The notes under the pieces were generated by a model. That model saw only the letters and a program-made list of their open reading frames with translations. It was not told the DNA's origin and did no database searches. A DNA stretch of 64,000 nucleotides from the human T2T-CHM13v2.0 reference genome, Homo sapiens: assembly GCF_009914755.1 (NCBI RefSeq), contig NC_060935.1. One strand, given 5' to 3'. Position numbers and translations under genes: made by a program. Below, in pieces: positions 1 through 48,212 of the stretch. Position 1 is the stretch's first letter; each line of letters begins with the position of its first letter.

Positions 1-401
<401 letters not shown>

Positions 402-1473
402 TTACTGGGGGAGGAGGAGAACAGTTGAAAACACAGCTGGTCTAGGAGATTCATTCGGTTTCATGGAACACCTTCTCTGTGCAGGCAGCGTCCAGGAACA
501 GCTGTAGACCACACAGCCAGGCTACCCAGCGTGTGGGCCCAGCAGCCAGGCTGGAACTCTATCTCTACTTACCAGCTGAGTGGCTGGCAGGAAGTTACTC
601 AGCCTGTCGGTCAGCAACCCAAACTCTGTGTGTTAGTTGTTTGTTCGCTGATAAAATGAGGCTTCTCATCATTCTCATCAACTTCACGGGCTTGCTGTGA
701 GGAACACGTGAGCTGATTCCATCACAGACTCCTCAGTAGGCAGCAGTAGGTGTTTAGTGAACGGGCTATGGAGGCTGCCCCACTCACTACTTCCTTTCTA
801 GGGGAGGCCGACTTCAAATGCGTGCACACACACAAACAGGATGGCCTGATGCAGACCAGCTGGTCTAGAAAGGCCTTCACGGCCTCAGGGAGCCTGGGAG
901 GCGGCCTGGGGGAGACCATGAAACAGCAGATACACCAGAGACCAGAGATCAGAGAGAAAACAAAGGACCCAGAGATCCACAGACATCCAGACACCAGAGG
1001 CAACAAGAAACTGAGAGACTCAGAGGCCCACTGAGACCCAGGCAGCTTGTTCTGTGTTACGAGGGGAAAAATAAAATAAGAAACAAAAGAGAGACTCGGG
1101 GGGCCTCAGTGAAACCTAGAGACTCAAGGAGGCCAGGAGATTCAGAGACACCCATAGAGAGCCAGAGACCCTGCCCTAGCAAGGCACAATCAATGAAAAA
1201 AAACTCGCCCACCAGGCCCTCGCAGTCCGGGTCTCATATCCCGGCTCAGCACCTTGGCGCTGCATTTGTCAAGAGGGGAACAGGGATCCTAGCTCCCTGC
1301 CTGTCCTATGGGGCCTTAGGCCCTGGGGTCCAGCTGGCCTGCCTTCACCCCTCTTGTAGTTGATGAAGCTTTGGAGAGGCTTTCAAACCCTGGGGAGCCA
1401 CAGCTGGGTGCCGACTGGACTCACTGGCAGAGAGGCAGGCGGTGAAGGCCAAGCCTCGCCCCCCAGGAAGGCC

Positions 1474-1523
1474 CTGATTGGTGGACGGGCTGCTTTGGGC
1501 AGGGCCGCCCTCAGGCTATATAA
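1474..1523 (+). promoter_or_regulatory. SPDYC core promoter: inverted CCAAT box and TATA box
   Basis: CTGATTGG at 1474-1481 and TATATAA at 1517-1523, in a locally CpG-rich patch just upstream of exon 1. Confidence 0.65.
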
Positions 1524-1548
1524 GTGCACTCGCGGCGGCGTTGGTGTT

Positions 1549-4530
<2,982 letters not shown>

Positions 4531-4655
4531 AGCTCTGCAGGGTGAAGAACAGCACGCCTGCTGGCCCACTGACTGACACACCATTGGCTGTGCTCCCACC
4601 CCTGCCCCTTCCTCCCAGCCTGCAGCTTGTGCCCACTCTGGTGCCAGTCCCCTCT

Positions 4656-4661
4656 AATAAA
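4656..4661 (+). terminator. SPDYC polyadenylation signal
   Basis: AATAAA about 125 nt after the stop codon. Confidence 0.8.
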
Positions 4662-4923
4662 TTCATGTCCACAGGACACCAACTGTGCTTAGGTCCTGGC
4701 CTGGTTCCTTGACCCAAGGTTGGGGTGGGGAGGGGGTATCTACCAGGGTTACAACATGTGAGCACAGGCTCTGTAACAGCTTGGCCCCTTCCCATTGGTG
4801 GCCAGTTATTCTGAGCCTCAGTTTCATCTCTGTGCTATCCATGCCTATGGATGATGAGATCTACACAGTCTAGATGGGATTAAATGAGATGAGGTATCTG
4901 CAGCCCTTAGAAGAGGGCCAGGG

Positions 4924-5220
4924 AGCCGAACGTGGTGGCTCACACCTGTAATCCCAGCACTTTGGGAGGCTGAGCCGGGTGGATCACTTGAGGTCAGGAG
5001 TTCAAAAACAGCCTGGCCAACATGGTGAAACCCCTTTGCTACTAAAAATACAGAAACTAGCCAGGCATGGTGGCAGGTGCCTATAATCCCAGCTACTCGG
5101 GACGCCAAGGTGGGAGAATTGCTTGAACTGTGGAGGCGGAGGTTACAGCGAGTTGAGATCATGCCACTGCACTCCAGCCTGGACGACAGAGTGAGACTCT
5201 GTCTCAAAAAAAAAAAAAAA
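4924..5220 (+). mobile_element. Alu
   Basis: Full dimer with A tail. Confidence 0.9.
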
Positions 5221-5410
5221 GGCCAGGAACATATTGGGAAACAAAACTTGAATGGAAAACAGCTCTTTATTTAGTCTAGAAATGCCTTCAGGGCCAGGTT
5301 TACTTAGGAATAAGACTTGATCCCTTCCTTGAGCTACAGTCAAATATAATATTGTAATTATAATAAACAACCCCCCTCCCCCAAGAGACATGAGGACTCA
5401 AAAGGGTTAA

Positions 5411-7022
<1,612 letters not shown>

Positions 7023-7164
7023 GTGAGGTGCCAGATTTTTATCTTTGCCAAACTGCTAAGTGGGAAACAGTCTCTTGGTGAAATTTTAATTCACATTTGC
7101 TTTTCAGTGAGCTCAACATCTTGTCATATGTTTAAGACCTATTTGTCTTCTTTTATTTGTGAAC

Positions 7165-9093
<1,929 letters not shown>

Positions 9094-9885
9094 TTTTTAA
9101 ATGTTTTTTTCATTAGGAACAACATATTCCAAACCTATAAATTGAGTTCATCTGTAATTTTTTCTAAGATACAAATTATGAATCCAACTTACTTTTTTTC
9201 CAGATTGCTCCCTTTTCTTCCTAATGTCTTTTATTAACTCATCTTTTCTCAACAGATTAGAAATGGTACTTTTATCATCTACTACATTCCTGCCTGTATT
9301 TGAATCTGTTTCTAAATTTCTCTGTCTTCTATTGATCTCTATGTGTCAGTAACCCTCTTTAATTATTACCTTTTAATGATAGATTTGTTGTGTTTTAATA
9401 TCTGGTAGGATTAGTCTATACTCATTATGTCTTTTATTTTCAGAAGTTTCCTACTTGTTTAATTTGCCATATGACCTTTAAATCAGCTTTTCTAGTCCCT
9501 CCTTATCTCCCACCAGAAGACTCTTAAAATTTTTCATTGTGATACACTTAGAGATTAATTTAAGGAGAATTGACATCTATATGAAGCATCTTCATATGAA
9601 GACCAAGGTGTCAGCCCCCTTGCCTCTGCTTTTTGGTGGCTAGTGACTCCCAAATTTGTACCTCTATTTTGAGCACAAGGTCTGTTCCTCACCCCTAGGA
9701 ATCTCCTCTTGGATAGGGGGATCCCAAAGATACCCCATACCCTGATCCCATACTGTCCCTCCAGCTTAGTGCATTCCCCCTTCTCTTTAATCTACTCAGG
9801 TGCTCAAGCCAGATCCAGGGTCTGAAGTTGTCTTTGGTCTCTCCTGGTGTCCAAGAGCCATATCTAACCAGTGACTAAGTTCTAT

Positions 9886-11700
<1,815 letters not shown>

Positions 11701-11999
11701 CTTTTCAAACCCAATATTGTTAAGATTGTCTCCATTTTTAAAAAAAAAAGTTTTATGGTTTGGCCATTTATATTTAGGTGTGTAATCCAGTTTGAGTTAA
11801 ATTTTGATGGTGTATCCTAAATAGTTATCAAATCCATCTACTTCTGCCTGCCACCTCTCTAGTTTAAACCACCCTTCTCTGTCCCTGGACACCTGCGCAG
11901 AAAGCCTAGGAGCTGGTTCCACCCATCACTCACCAGGTTAGGTATTTCAGGCAAGTCACACCCTCTCAGGCCTCAGTTTTCCTCTTTTGTTAACTGAGG

Positions 12000-12800
12000 G
12001 TGAAAGTGGGGTTAGATTAGATCAGCGGCTCTTAACTTTTGAGGGGTCGTGGGCCCTAGAGTCCTGGGAACGCTATGCAGTTTCCTCAGCAAAATGCTTG
12101 CATCCACAACATGCAAGACTGCAGCAGCTGCTGGGCTGGGGCTGCGAGACCAGCGAAAAGCCCTGACTTGGGGGGGTCTCGGGAGTCTCTGCAGTCTCCC
12201 CACCCACACCCCCGGCCTCCGCGCCGAATCCTGGCCCCCCAACTTCTTGCAGCCCGTGAAGCAGGATCTCAGGGTCCTGGGGGTGGGGAGAGGGGGCTGC
12301 CGTCCTGCTCGCAGCCTCTGCCGCCCTCTCCTGGGTAAGGTGACACATGGGCGCTTCCAGGTGGGTGGGCTGAGAGCCTGGGGGAGAGAACAGGGATGTC
12401 CACCTCTCTAAGTTTCCAGGTTCAAGAAACCCCAGAACGTTAGAGAAAGATGGGCTCCCACAATTGCCCAACCCCATCCCATAGGATGCACGCATGCGGA
12501 AAGTCGGGCCGAACGGGGCAGGGACTTACCCAAGGTCACGCAGCGAGCCCGGTCCCCCTGCGTTCCCCGGGGAGCGCTGAGCCGGGACGCGGCGGTGGGG
12601 TGGGGAAGGGGAGTGGCGCGGCCCTGCGGGGTGAGGCTGCCGTTTGCTGAGTGTCCGGCAGGGGTCTGCTCGCTGCCAGCCCGGCCCCTCCTCAGAGCAG
12701 CTGCCGCAGCCCGAGGTAATCTCGGCCCCGCGCCGGGGCTGGCTGGGAACGGCGGGAGCAGCTGCGGTCGCGCGGAGCGAGGGGAGCTGGGGACCGGGCG
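12000..12800 (-). ncRNA. Candidate spliced antisense lncRNA from the CAPN1 promoter (CAPN1-AS1-like); ends not determinable
   Basis: Minus-strand donor TGG|GTAAGT at 12529 and acceptor ccctgttctctcccccag at 12378 define a 152-nt intron. Confidence 0.4.
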
Positions 12801-13460
12801 GGCCCGGGGCTGCGGGAGGCGGCGCCGCCGCACAATCGCCCCGGAATGCCCGCCAGGGCGCGCGTGGGGTGCGGCCGTCCGGCCCTGCAACTCGAGCTGC
12901 TGCCCCTGGTTAAAAATACCCCCTGCCCGGCCCTCCCCCTCCGTTCCCCGCGGTGCCCTTCCGCCGCGCCCCAGCCCCCCCATCCCCCCCCGCGCTGGCC
13001 CCTCCCCGGGGACTGCTCTGCCTTTTACTAATTTGTCCTCTCGCGGAATTGGCCCCCGGCCTGCGGAGGGAGGGGCGGGGAGACACCGTGAGTAAGAGAT
13101 AGTCAGAGACCGTGCCGGAGAGATAAGGGAGAGCCGAGAGGAAGCGGGGTAGGAGCCCCAGGAGGAGGAGGAGGAGAAGGAGAGAGGGAGGGCGGAGGGC
13201 GGAGGGGCGGCGGGAGGAGGGCGGGGAGGAGCGCTCTTCCTGGTTGGGCCCTGCCCTGAGCTGCCACCGGGAAGCCAGCCTCAGGGACTGCAGCGACCCC
13301 CAAACACCCCTCCCCCAGGTAAGAAGCTGGGTAGCCGAGCCGGGATTCCTTGACCCTGGCCACTGCTCCTGGGCTGAGGGGCTGCCCCAGCACGGTCCCT
13401 TCTCGGGGGCCTCTGCGTTCCTGGAGCAGGGGTGGGGGCTGGCGGAGCGGCACAGCTCAG
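12490..13460. promoter_or_regulatory. CpG-island promoter of CAPN1 with alternative non-coding first exons
   Basis: High GC/CpG content. GC boxes and a G-rich tract at 13160-13230, NRF1-like GCACGCATGCGG at about 12488. Donors GAG|gtaatc (12716), ACC|gtgagt (13088) and CAG|gtaaga (13319). Confidence 0.85.
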
Positions 13461-13961
13461 GCGCCTGTCCCAGCCTGGCTCACCGCTGTCCCCAGGGGCT
13501 GGGCTAGGGCCCACCAGCTCTGATATCGAGCCTGCTGCGGGGGCCTGAGGAGGGGGACCCCGACCGTCTGGGGTTTTCAGCCCACGGCAAGGGGCCGGTG
13601 CACCAGGAGCTTGGTTAGTTTGGGGAGGGGGTTGCAGGCCTGTGAACAGGATCAAAGAGGCCTTCCCTGCTGTGTCCCACCTGCCCAGTTCCTTGTGCTG
13701 TCTGGAGGCTCCGCCCTGCCCCACCTGACCTGCTGGCTCACTACAGAGCTGCAAGCCCCTGACAATGGGATCCGGGAAAGGAGAGGTGGCCGGCACGCCT
13801 GGGAACTGGGAAATCCCTTTCCTGGATTCACTGGGAGCACCGGGAGGTGGCTGAGAACCCTACTTCTGTGAGGGGAGCAGTGAGGCAGGGAAACCCTAGG
13901 TTTGGGGATGGATAAGCAGGGGCAGGAGAGCAGAGCTTGCAGGCAGGAGCCCAGGTTCTAG

Positions 13962-42570
<28,609 letters not shown>

Positions 42571-43263
42571 GGCAGGGACTCGGTCCCCCTTGCCGTGCTC
42601 CCCTCCCTCCTCGTCTGCCAAGCCTCGCCTCCTACCACACCACACCAGGCCACCCCAGCTGCAAGTGCCTTCCTTGGAGCAGAGAGGCAGCCTCGTCCTC
42701 CTGTCCCCTCTCCTCCCAGCCACCATCGTTCATCTGCTCCGGGCAGAACTGTGTGGCCCCTGCCTGTGCCAGCCATGGGCTCGGGATGGACTCCCTGGGC
42801 CCCACCCATTGCCAAGCCAGGAAGGCAGCTTTCGCTTGTTCCTGCCTCGGGACAGCCCCGGGTTTCCCCAGCATCCTGATGTGTCCCCTCTCCCCACTTC
42901 AGAGGCCACCCACTCAGCACCACCGGCCTGGCCTTGCCTGCAGACTATAAACTATAACCACTAGCTCGACACAGTCTGCAGTCCAGGCGTGTGGAGCCGC
43001 CTCCCGGCTCGGGGAGGCCCCGGGGCTGGGAACGCCTGTGCCTTCCTGCGCCGAAGCCAACGCCCCCTCTGTCCTTCCCTGGCCCTGCTGCCGACCAGGA
43101 GCTGCCCAGCCTGTGGGCGGTCGGCCTTCCCTCCTTCGCTCCTTTTTTATATTAGTGATTTTAAAGGGGACTCTTCAGGGACTTGTGTACTGGTTATGGG
43201 GGTGCCAGAGGCACTAGGCTTGGGGTGGGGAGGTCCCGTGTTCCATATAGAGGAACCCCAAAT

Positions 43264-43269
43264 AATAAA
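43264..43269 (+). terminator. CAPN1 polyadenylation signal
   Basis: AATAAA followed by a GT-rich downstream element (tgtgatgtgttt). Confidence 0.85.
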
Positions 43270-44238
43270 AGGCCCCACATCTGTCTGTGATGTGTTTCTC
43301 CCCAGCCTACTGCCTGGAGGGCACCTGCAGGCCCCGGCCCATGGGGGCAGCTCGTGGCCTCAGCTCACCCCTCCCCTCCAACCCCTCCATCTCCTTCCCC
43401 TTGACCTTGAAGCTTGAACCCCTACTGGAGTACTGGGTATCTGGGCAAGACCACCCCTGGCCCTGGGAGGTTGGGAAGGAGGGGCCCTAGCTGCAGGGAC
43501 AGGGCCACACAGCTGAGGTCCCACATGGCTCTGCTGATCCTACATGCCCTCCCCGCCGCCCAGGAGGCCTGACCCCTACCTTTCTTGCACACTTCGGCCC
43601 GTTGAGGTGAGGCTCTGGCTGAAATTCAAACCTCTACTTAGCACACACCCGGCCCCCCAGAGAGCTCCCCCGAGCACAGAGCCGCCTTCAGGTCCCTCTG
43701 TGGGGAGCCCCTGTGACCCAGACACCTGCACTTACATAAGCCGCTCCAGGGCCTGCTGGGATCTGGGATTTTCTTACCAGAGATAAGAGTGGTTTGGGGG
43801 AAGGAAGAGGGGATGGGGCGAAGCTGCAAATGCAGAGCAGAGGCCGAGGTGGGGGAGGGTGGGAGTTGGCTGCTGTCAGCTGCTGTGGGCCCCAGCGTTG
43901 GGGTGGAGATGGAGGTGGAGGCCCCTGTGTGCCCCATGGGGAAGGCTGCCCGCACACTGCTATCTTGAGCTTGCGTTTTGCCCTTGTCACCTCCTCACTG
44001 GGAGTCCAGGTCCTGTTGGGCTCAGAGTCTTCAGCAGTGAGGGCAGTGGCTCAGCTCTTCCTGCAGCTTGGGCTGGTGTGTGAGGGGCTGGAGGGCAGGA
44101 GGGTCTGCAGGGCCCTGCCATCTTGCTCAAACCCTTACTTGCTCTCTGGATTGGGTTTTATTTGATGTGGGGATGGGAACACCACGTCTGGATGACCTGG
44201 GACCCTAACCTCTCATAAACTCTGAGTCACTGAGGTAG

Positions 44239-44613
<375 letters not shown>

Positions 44614-46339
44614 TAAAAGGGCTTTTTCCCACGTGTCACCTGTGCAGCCAAGTCCCTGCTTTCTCGGGAAGTGGGGGAAGGGTAAGCAGCTGTAAACACT
44701 GCATCCCATTATTCTGAACTCTCAGCACTTAAGGCTCCAGCTGTGATTTGGAGCCTAGAGACAGGGACTGTGTCCCATGTGCCAAAGCCAGAATCGGGGC
44801 TCCCGAACATGCCTCGGTGTCCTCTGGAGGAAAGGGAAGGTGATGGTGCTCCATTCACTGCTGGGGTCCTGTCGGTGAGGGCAGTGGGCAGGGCGGCCAG
44901 ACCTGCGGATATGGGTGGTAGGCTGTGACTCAGCCCTCGGGGTGAGAGATGGAGAGAGCTAGAGAAAGGGCATGGGGGAGGGGAGCCCTGCAGATGTGGG
45001 GACACCTGAACCCTCCTATGGGGTGTAACCTGAGCCCTCCGACACAGGGTGCACAGGATGTCTGCAGTCCTCACCCCTGGCCTGTTCCTCCCCCTCCCAG
45101 GGCCCCTCCCGGCCTCTCTACATAAAGCCGGGGGTACTGGGCCTCAGGTCAGGCCTATGGCCATGGCCTTCACAGACCTGCTGGATGCTCTGGGCAGCAT
45201 GGGCCGCTTCCAGCTCAACCACACAGCCCTGCTGCTGCTGCCCTGCGGCCTGCTGGCCTGCCACAACTTCCTGCAGAACTTCACCGCCGCTGTCCCCCCC
45301 CACCACTGCCGGGGCCCTGCCAACCACACTGAGGCCTCCACCAACGACTCGGGGGCCTGGCTGAGGGCCACCATACCCCTGGACCAGCTTGGGGCCCCTG
45401 AGCCCTGCCGGCGCTTCACCAAGCCTCAGTGGGCCCTGCTGAGCCCCAACTCCTCCATCCCGGGCGCGGCCACGGAGGGCTGCAAGGACGGCTGGGTCTA
45501 TAACCGCAGTGTTTTCCCGTCCACCATCGTGATGGAGGTCAGAAGGGGCTGGGTGTGTGGGGGGGCTGCTGCCGAGGCCCAGTCTGAAGCGCCCATGTCT
45601 TCCCTGCAGTGGGATCTGGTGTGTGAGGCCCGCACTCTCCGAGACCTGGCGCAGTCCGTCTACATTGCCGGGGTGCTGGTGGGGGCTGCCGTGTTTGGCA
45701 GCTTGGCAGACAGGTGAGCCCGTGGGGATAAGGGCCCCAGCCACCCAGTGCGGGCCAGAAAGCCTAGGCCTCTGCATTCATTTTTCTTTGTTACAGTTGA
45801 TTTGTGCATTTTAAACAGATAATACATATAGTACATTCACATGGTTTCAAATCCCGAAAGGCACAGAAGAGTCTGCCGGGGATCACCCCTTTCCTGCTCT
45901 GCCCCTCCTTGCAGTAATCCCCAGAGGGCAGCCTGCTTTCTATGCCTTTTACCAGAGACATTTTATGATTCTATGCAGTCAAGCAAGTGGGTGTATATGT
46001 TCCATTCCCCCATTTCTCTTTTCCTGTTTTGTATTTGTTTTCTTCTTCATGTGCCCCCATTTTTTTCTTTGAGATGAGGTCTCACTATGTTGGCCAGGCT
46101 GGTCTCAAACTTCTACGGTCAAGCAGTTCTCCTGCCTCTGTCTCCCAAGTAGCTGAGGTGACAGGCCTGGTCATCCTTTTTTTGTGCAAATGCTGGCATA
46201 CACCCCACGTGGTCCTGCACCCGGCTTTTTCTTCGCTTTGGAGGCCTCTCCTATTCCTTCAGAAAGAGCTGTCCCATTCCTCCTAGTCTTTACACTACAT
46301 CCCACTGTATGAATGGGCCCTAACTTGTTCCCCGTTATT

Positions 46340-46647
46340 TTTTAGAGGTGAGGTCTCACTCTGTCACCCAGGCTGTAGGGCAGTGGTACAAACATAGCTC
46401 TCTGCAGCTTCGACCTTCTGAGCTCAAGTGATCCTCCTGCTTCAGCCTCCCCAGTAGCTGGGACTACAGGCACGCACCACCGCACCCAGCTAATAAAAAA
46501 AAAATTATTTTTAGTAGAGATCGGGGGGTGGGGGTGGGGGGGGTGTCTCACTATGTTGCCCAGGCTGGTCTCGAACTCCTGGGCTCAAGCAATCCTCCTC
46601 CCTCTACCTCCTAAAGTGCTGGGATTACAGGTGTGAGCACTGCACCT
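46340..46647 (-). mobile_element. Alu (AluJ-like)
   Basis: Antisense dimer. Confidence 0.8.
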
Positions 46648-47050
46648 AACTGACCCCTATTGACAGACGATGTGCAGCCAGCTCATGGCTCTGAAGTTGG
46701 CTCCTACGTCTCTCTCTCTGCACCTCTTTCCCCTTCCTCCTCTTCGCTCTCTCTCCCCTCTCCCTTCTCCTCTGCCCTTCTTCTCTCAGTTCAGGTTTGG
46801 GGGGCCCTCCCGGACTCCACCCCACACTCTGGAGTGTAGATGGCTCCCTGTGCCACACACCTCAGGCCCTCATCACACCGTGTCATGATACACCCTGGTC
46901 TTTCTACATGTGAGCTTGTGTCTTATCCAGAATGTCTTGTTTGTCACCAACCCTCAACTCAGGCCTGTCACTTAGAGGTGATTAATGATCAATGAACATT
47001 GTGTCACAATGAATGAGTGAATGAAAGAATGCATGAAGAAATGAAGAAAC

Positions 47051-48212
47051 GAGTGAGTGAGTGAGTGAGCAGGCGAGTGAGTGGGCGAGCGAGTGAGTGG
47101 GCAGATGAGTGAGTGAGTGGACTAGTGAGTGAGTGAGTGAGCCGGTGACTGAGCGAGTGAGCGGGTGAGTGACTGAGTGAGCGGGTGGGCGAGCGAGTGA
47201 GCGGGTGGGCGAGCGAGTGAGCGGGTGAGCAAGCGAGTGGGTGGATAAGCGGGTGAGTGGGCGAGTGAGCGGGTGAGCGAGTGAGTGGGCGGATGAGTGA
47301 GTGGGTGAGTGAGTGGGAGAGTGAGTGGGTGGATGAGTGAGTGGGCGAGTGAGTGGGTGGGTGAGTGAGTGGGTGGGTGGGTGAGTGGGCGAGTGAGTGA
47401 GTGGGCGAGTGAGTGAGTGGATGAGTGAGTGGGTGGGTGATGAGTGGGTGATCGAGCGAGTGAGCGAGTGAGTGGATGAGTGAGTGGGTGGGTGAGTGAG
47501 TGGGTGAGCGAGCGAGTGAGCGAGTGAGTCAGTGAGTGAGTGGATGAGTGAGTGAGTGGGTGGGTGAATGGATAAGTGAGTGGGTGGGTGGGTGGGTGAG
47601 TGGATGAGTGAGTGAGTGAGTGGGTGCGTGAGTGGGTGAGCGAGCGAGTGAGCAAGTGAGTCAGTGAGTGAGTGGATGAGTGGGTGGGTGGGTGAGTGGG
47701 TGGGTGGGTGAGTGGGTGGGTGAATGAGTGGGTGGGTGGGTGGGTGAGTGAGTGGGTGAGTGGGTGGGTGGGTCGGTGGGTGAGTGAGTGAGTGGATGAG
47801 TGAGCGAGTGAGTCGGTGAGTGAGTGAGTGAGTGGGTGGGTGGATGAGTGAGTAGGTGGGTGGGTGAGTGGGTGGGTGAGTGAGTGCGTGGGTGGGTGAG
47901 TGAGTGCGTGGGTGGGTGAGTGAGTGGGTGGGTGAGTGGGTGAGTGAGCGAGTGAGCGAGTGAGTCAGTGAGTGAGTGGATGAGTGAGTGGGTGGGTGAG
48001 TGGATGGGTGAGTGGGTGGGTGGGTGAGTGAGTGGGTGGGTGGGTAGGTGAGTGAGTGGGTGAGTGGGTGGGTGAGTGGGTGGGTGGGTGAGTGAGTGGG
48101 TGGGTGAGTGGGTGGGTGAGTGAGTGGGTGGGTGGGTAAGTGAGTGGGTGGGTTGGTGGGTGGGCGAGTGAGTGAGTGGGTGGGTGAGTGAGTGGGCGAG
48201 CAAGCGAGTGGG
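47051..48212. repeat. Degenerate tetranucleotide repeat (GAGT/GGGT/GAGC)n, about 1.2 kb
   Basis: Directly visible. Preceded by an L2-tail-like gaatgagtgaatgaa. Confidence 0.97.

Noticed and set aside
12408-13796. Several 116-191 aa Pro/Arg/Gly-rich ORFs
   Set aside because: Expected from stop-codon scarcity in a CpG island
47051-48212. CRISPR-like or telomeric array
   Set aside because: No constant repeat with unique spacers and no TTAGGG units; human intronic context
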